A program made the position numbers and the translations under genes. Source: Desulfocapsa sulfexigens DSM 10523 (lineage in GTDB: Bacteria > Desulfobacterota > Desulfobulbia > Desulfobulbales > Desulfocapsaceae). From it: 32,000 nucleotides of DNA. Position 1 is the stretch's first letter; each line of letters begins with the position of its first letter. The stretch is from contig NC_020304.1 in NCBI RefSeq assembly GCF_000341395.1, forward strand, positions 2,760,001-2,792,000, given 5' to 3'. The notes beneath the pieces were generated by a model. It did not search any database. It was not told where the DNA came from and worked only from the letters and a program-made list of their open reading frames with translations. This document shows, piece after piece, positions 28,168-32,000 of this stretch.

Positions 28168-28784
28168 ATATCGCGGTAAGTGGTGGCATGGGATCAGGGA
28201 AAAGCTTTGTTGCCAGCACTCTAGCGGAGTTACTTGGTGCAAATATCGTCAGTGCAGATATTCTTTGTCGTGAATTGCTTCAGCTTGGTAATCCTGGGTA
28301 TTTGCGGTTGCGGGAATGTCTTGGAGATACCTATTTTTCAATCGACGGCGAGATAGACAGAGCTGCTTTACGCAAATCTATTTTTTCAGATAGTGGGTTG
28401 CGTGCAGATGTTGATAAAATCCTGCATCCTCTGGTCCGTCAGAAGCTCCTTGACTGTGCAGCAGGTGCCACGAGGCAGAACGTTGACCTGGTGGTCGAAG
28501 TTCCTTTGCTTTTTGAAAAAGGGTGGCAGGAGGATTTTGACTGTACCCTTGTTGTCTATGCTGATGTCGATATTTGTGTGTCACGAATTGTGGCAAGAGA
28601 CCATGTGTCAAGAGAGGATGCCCTGAAGAGTATTTCGACTCAAATGCCACAGTCTGAAAAATGTAAACTCGGTGACTGGGTGGTTGATAACTCAGGTTCC
28701 TTTGAGGAAACTCGTGTAGCGTTGCGAAGGATAGTTGGTGAAATATCAGACTCTCCCTGTCTTTCTCGGGTAAAATCGGAATAA
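28164..28784 (+). CDS. coaE: Dephospho-CoA kinase
   Basis: The P-loop is IAVSGGMGSGKS. The TTG start overlaps the rluD stop (cTTGA). The size and layout are typical of CoaE. Confidence 0.85.
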   Translation: MNIAVSGGMGSGKSFVASTLAELLGANIVSADILCRELLQLGNPGYLRLRECLGDTYFSIDGEIDRAALRKSIFSDSGLRADVDKILHPLVRQKLLDCAAGATRQNVDLVVEVPLLFEKGWQEDFDCTLVVYADVDICVSRIVARDHVSREDALKSISTQMPQSEKCKLGDWVVDNSGSFEETRVALRRIVGEISDSPCLSRVKSE

Positions 28785-28797
28785 GGATGGAAAAGTC

Positions 28798-28826
28798 TTG
28801 ACAGCTATTTCCTGAAACCTTACTAT
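28798..28826 (+). promoter_or_regulatory. Near-consensus sigma-70-type promoter for rho
   Basis: TTGACA (28798-28803), a 17-nt spacer and TACTAT (28821-28826). It lies 14 nt after the coaE stop and about 390 nt upstream of the rho ATG. Confidence 0.5.
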
Positions 28827-29221
28827 ACCGTCAATCAAACGATAATCCTCCCAGAGATTCTGATCCAAAAGAGAATACAGTAAATCATAGATAAAAACAT
28901 TTCAGTTCACATAACTGATCTACAACCAAAAGAGATTGTGCAATTCACACCCGTACAATCACGACTATTTAATCATTTCTTTATAATCCTGACTACTATT
29001 ATCACATTATTTGCCACCTGATAGAATGGGAATATATGGGCGATGGCTTCTTTGTCGTCTTGGGATTACCCAAATAATTGTGTTTGTAATTCGATAATAA
29101 AGTATTGATCAAAACTTTTAACTCGAATTGTTATCTTTATTGTGGCCTGTCTGGGAACACAATGAAACCGTACCATGCTGACTGCCTTGCCAAACAGCCC
29201 CAATATTGGAGAACTGAATTA

Positions 29222-30472
29222 ATGAATCTGGCTGACTTAAAACTGAAGAAAATTGTTGATCTTGTTAAGCTTGGGCGTAAGCTCAAGGTTGAAGGGGTGA
29301 ATACGCTGCGTAAGCAGGAACTTATTTTTGCCATCCTTCAGGCTCAGGCGGAAAAAGATGGAAATATGCGGGGGAATGGTGTTTTGGAAATTCTTCCCGA
29401 TGGTTTTGGGTTTCTTCGGGCACCGGATTATAATTATCTTCCCGGTCCGGATGATATCTATGTCTCTCCTTCTCAGATACGTCGCCTGGGGCTTCGTACC
29501 GGTGATACGATAGAAGGACTTGTAAGAGCTCCCAAGGATGGTGAACGGTATTTTGCGCTTTTGAAAGTTGAGGCCATTAATTTTGATTCTCCTGAGGCCT
29601 CAAAGAAAAAGACATTATTTGCTAACCTGACACCACTCCATCCTGAAGAAAAGTTTAGCCTAGAGTCAGAAGCTGATAACTATTCCATGCGTCTTATGGA
29701 TATGATGTGTCCCATTGGTAAGGGGCAGCGTGGTTTGATTGTTGCCCCCCCTCGAACAGGAAAAACGGTTCTTATTCAAAAACTTGCCAATGCCATCGCC
29801 AAGAATCATAAAGAGGTGTATCTTATTGTCCTCCTGATTGATGAGCGGCCTGAAGAAGTTACGGAAATGAAGAGAACAGTTCAGACCGCGGAAGTTGTCA
29901 GTTCCACTTTCGATGAGCCCCCTCAGCGACATATTCAGGTTGCTGAAATGGTGATTGAAAAGGCAAAAAGACTGGTAGAGCATAAGAAAGATGTTGTTAT
30001 TTTACTCGATAGTATTACTCGTCTGGCCAGAGCCTATAATACCGTTACACCCTCCAGTGGTAAAATCCTCTCAGGTGGTGTTGAAGCCAACGCCCTGCAT
30101 CGTCCGAAACGTTTTTTTGGTGCTGCCAGAAATATTGAAGAGGGAGGCAGTTTAACCATTATAGCCTCAGCTCTTATTGATACAGGTAGTCGTATGGATG
30201 AGGTTATCTTCGAAGAGTTCAAGGGAACTGGTAATATGGAAGTTGTCCTTGATAGAAAGATGTCAGACCGACGAGTGTATCCCGCCATTGATGTGAAAAA
30301 ATCCGGAACCCGAAAGGAAGATCTGCTTCTCGAGCCTGTTCTTTTAAATCGTGTCTGGATATTGAGGAAGCTGCTGGCTTCCATGAATCCTGCCAGTGGA
30401 ATGGAGTTTATTATTGATAAATTGAAGCAGCATGAGACAAACGCGGAATTTATTGATTCCATGAACAGCTGA
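29222..30472 (+). CDS. rho: Transcription termination factor Rho
   Basis: [21 protein letters not shown]...[30 protein letters not shown] aligns from residue 1 with the canonical Rho N-terminus. Walker A is APPRTGKT, followed by [10 protein letters not shown]. At 416 aa it is close to canonical Rho length. The ORF-track start at 29105 (TTG) adds an unlikely 39-aa extension. Confidence 0.95.
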   Translation: MNLADLKLKKIVDLVKLGRKLKVEGVNTLRKQELIFAILQAQAEKDGNMRGNGVLEILPDGFGFLRAPDYNYLPGPDDIYVSPSQIRRLGLRTGDTIEGLVRAPKDGERYFALLKVEAINFDSPEASKKKTLFANLTPLHPEEKFSLESEADNYSMRLMDMMCPIGKGQRGLIVAPPRTGKTVLIQKLANAIAKNHKEVYLIVLLIDERPEEVTEMKRTVQTAEVVSSTFDEPPQRHIQVAEMVIEKAKRLVEHKKDVVILLDSITRLARAYNTVTPSSGKILSGGVEANALHRPKRFFGAARNIEEGGSLTIIASALIDTGSRMDEVIFEEFKGTGNMEVVLDRKMSDRRVYPAIDVKKSGTRKEDLLLEPVLLNRVWILRKLLASMNPASGMEFIIDKLKQHETNAEFIDSMNS

Positions 30473-30494
30473 TTGTAACCGCTGTTTCTTTTTT
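30463..30494 (+). terminator. Weak candidate intrinsic terminator overlapping the rho stop
   Basis: AACAGC pairs with GCTGTT (6 bp, 11-nt loop), followed by TCTTTTTTT. Confidence 0.35.
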
Positions 30495-30615
30495 TATTGT
30501 ACTAATAGATGTTTTTGGTTGAAATTCTTATCTGGTTTTATTATTCTTTTACTCTTTTGAGATAAAAAACAAACGTGTGCCGAAAGGTCACTCCTCTTTT
30601 TAAGGAACATTAATT

Positions 30616-30831
30616 ATGAAAAGCGACATACATCCTGAATACCACAAAGTTACTGCCGTTTGTGGTTGTGGCAATACGGTTGAGCTGGGTTCTGTAAATG
30701 AAGAGATGGTTGTGGAAATCTGTTCTGCCTGCCATCCATTTTTCACTGGAAAGCAAAAACTGATTGATACCGCCGGACGGATTGAGAAATTCAAGAAACG
30801 CTACGCCAAGCATTACGAAACAAAGAAATAG
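30616..30831 (+). CDS. rpmE: 50S ribosomal protein L31 (Zn-binding type A)
   Basis: It contains MKSDIHPEY and the Cys pairs CGCG and [13 protein letters not shown]. It is 71 aa long. Confidence 0.95.
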   Translation: MKSDIHPEYHKVTAVCGCGNTVELGSVNEEMVVEICSACHPFFTGKQKLIDTAGRIEKFKKRYAKHYETKK

Positions 30832-30958
30832 AGACAACAGTTTGCTAGCTAGTGCTTTCGATTGTTTGTGTTGCATAGCCTGCTGGCTGGAGCATCACAA
30901 TCATACTCACGCTTAACAAGCACTTCTAACACTCACATTCCATTTCTGTTTTATGTTG

Positions 30959-30998
30959 ATCCACAGTCTGTATAGCAGGTTGTGGATTTTCTGTTTTT
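30959..30998 (+). terminator. Candidate intrinsic terminator after rpmE
   Basis: ATCCACA pairs with TGTGGAT (7 bp, 15-nt loop), followed by TTTCTGTTTTT. Confidence 0.45.
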
Positions 30999-31029
30999 AT
31001 TCAAATGTATTATTCCCAGGTATTCTTTC

Positions 31030-32000
31030 ATGATAGATAAACTTACTGACCTTGACGAAAAAATATCTCACCTCGAAGGAAGGCTTTCGGATCCGTCACT
31101 GATTTCTGACCAGAAAGCATACCAGAGAGTTGCGCAGGAACATTCTCATCTGACCAAACTCCAATCCTTATATGGCAAGCTCGACTTGGTTCTTGCTGAT
31201 ATAGCTGACAATCGAGAGCTTATTCAAGAGGGAGATGAAGATCCTGAATTACTCGAGCTTGCACGCGAAGAGATGGAAGAGCTTCTCGAAAAGGAAAAAA
31301 GCCTTGAGCAGGCAATCCTCATTTTGCTTTTACCAAAAGATCCAAATGATGAACGCAACACCTTTCTAGAGATTCGTGCAGGGACCGGTGGGGATGAAGC
31401 CGCACTTTTTGTCGGCGATCTCTTTCGTATGTATTCCCGTTACGCTGAATCCATGGGATGGAAGGTTGAGATTATGAGTTCTAGTCCTCTCGGGATAGGC
31501 GGCTTTAAGGAAATAATTGCGCTTATCAGTGGAGATGCTGTTTTTTCAAGACTCAAGTATGAGAGTGGGGTGCATCGTGTTCAGCGTGTCCCCGAAACAG
31601 AAACCCAGGGGCGTATTCATACCTCGGCTGTCACCGTTGCAATCCTGCCCGAAGCTGATGAGGTGGAACTCAATATTAATCCAAGCGAATTGAAATTTGA
31701 TGTTTACCGTGCTTCAGGTCCCGGTGGCCAGTCTGTTAATACCACTGATTCCGCTGTTCGTATTACTCATTTGCCCACAGGACTAGTGGTAACCTGTCAG
31801 GATGAGAAGTCGCAGCATAAGAACAAGGCCAAAGCTCTTACCGTTCTTCGGGCACGTCTTCTTGATAAGATGGAACAGGAGCACCATGATAAAATATCCG
31901 AATCAAGGCGGAGCCAGGTTGGAACAGGTGACCGAAGTGAACGTATTCGAACCTACAATTTCCCGCAGGGGAGAATGACCGACCATCGAATCAATCTGAC
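31030..32000 (+). CDS. prfA: Peptide chain release factor 1, 3-prime partial (runs off the window)
   Basis: I translated it by hand from ATG 31030: [19 protein letters not shown]...[21 protein letters not shown]...[18 protein letters not shown]...QHKNKAKA...[19 protein letters not shown]. The GGQ codons are at 31723-31731. It is absent from the ORF track because there is no stop codon before base 32000. Confidence 0.95.
   Translation, partial: MIDKLTDLDEKISHLEGRLSDPSLISDQKAYQRVAQEHSHLTKLQSLYGKLDLVLADIADNRELIQEGDEDPELLELAREEMEELLEKEKSLEQAILILLLPKDPNDERNTFLEIRAGTGGDEAALFVGDLFRMYSRYAESMGWKVEIMSSSPLGIGGFKEIIALISGDAVFSRLKYESGVHRVQRVPETETQGRIHTSAVTVAILPEADEVELNINPSELKFDVYRASGPGGQSVNTTDSAVRITHLPTGLVVTCQDEKSQHKNKAKALTVLRARLLDKMEQEHHDKISESRRSQVGTGDRSERIRTYNFPQGRMTDHRINL

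Noticed and set aside
29105-29221. 39-aa N-terminal extension of Rho from TTG 29105 (or ATG 29162)
   Set aside because: The canonical Rho N-terminus (MNL.DLK...) begins at ATG 29222, with GGAGA 9 nt upstream. The extension has no counterpart in known Rho N-termini and lies in the leader.
1-32000. Searched for CRISPR repeats, IS elements/transposases, toxin-antitoxin pairs, restriction-modification genes and known defence-system genes
   Set aside because: I saw no regularly spaced repeats, no terminal inverted repeats flanking a transposase-like ORF, and no nuclease, methylase, helicase or STAND-type ORFs. Every ORF above about 100 aa that is not a shadow ORF is accounted for above.

Overview
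This is a bacterial chromosomal window with moderate GC and Gram-negative-type envelope genes. Gene content and order fit a Desulfobacterota/deltaproteobacterial-type anaerobe, but that is a guess I cannot verify without a database search. The window has two parts. (i) 1-13.2 kb is one long co-directional plus-strand envelope-glycoconjugate locus. It holds a 5-prime-truncated flippase-like (UPF0104/MprF-TM type) membrane protein and two tandem hexapeptide-repeat acyltransferases. Next comes a complete tripartite pump: TolC-family outer membrane factor, lipoprotein-like HlyD-type adaptor, MacB/LolD-type ATPase and FtsX/MacB-type permease. These are followed by an orphan two-span membrane protein, a GtrB/ArnC-like polyprenyl-phosphate GT2, three soluble GT2 enzymes and a WcaJ-type priming phosphoglycosyltransferase. 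(ii) 13.2-32 kb is ordinary core genome: orphan cooC-like ATPase, BI-1/YbhL, coaBC, an MFS transporter, gltX-glnS tandem (minus strand), serA, a DUF1844 protein, ispE, tRNA-Gln(UUG), prs, rplY/ctc, pth, carD/cdnL, rluD, coaE, rho, rpmE and 3-prime-truncated prfA. prfA is absent from the ORF track because it runs off the window. I found no CRISPR array, IS/transposase, integrase, toxin-antitoxin pair or recognisable defence gene. The best candidate for something undescribed is the glycoconjugate locus, whose only visible export machinery is a type-VII (MacB/DevBCA-like) ABC pump plus an uncharacterised membrane protein. This rests on gene adjacency only. The other observations are modest: a long C-rich/G-poor rho leader behind a near-consensus promoter, tRNA-Gln overlapping the ispE stop codon, the orphan cooC, the Cys-motif DUF1844 protein, and several start-codon corrections.
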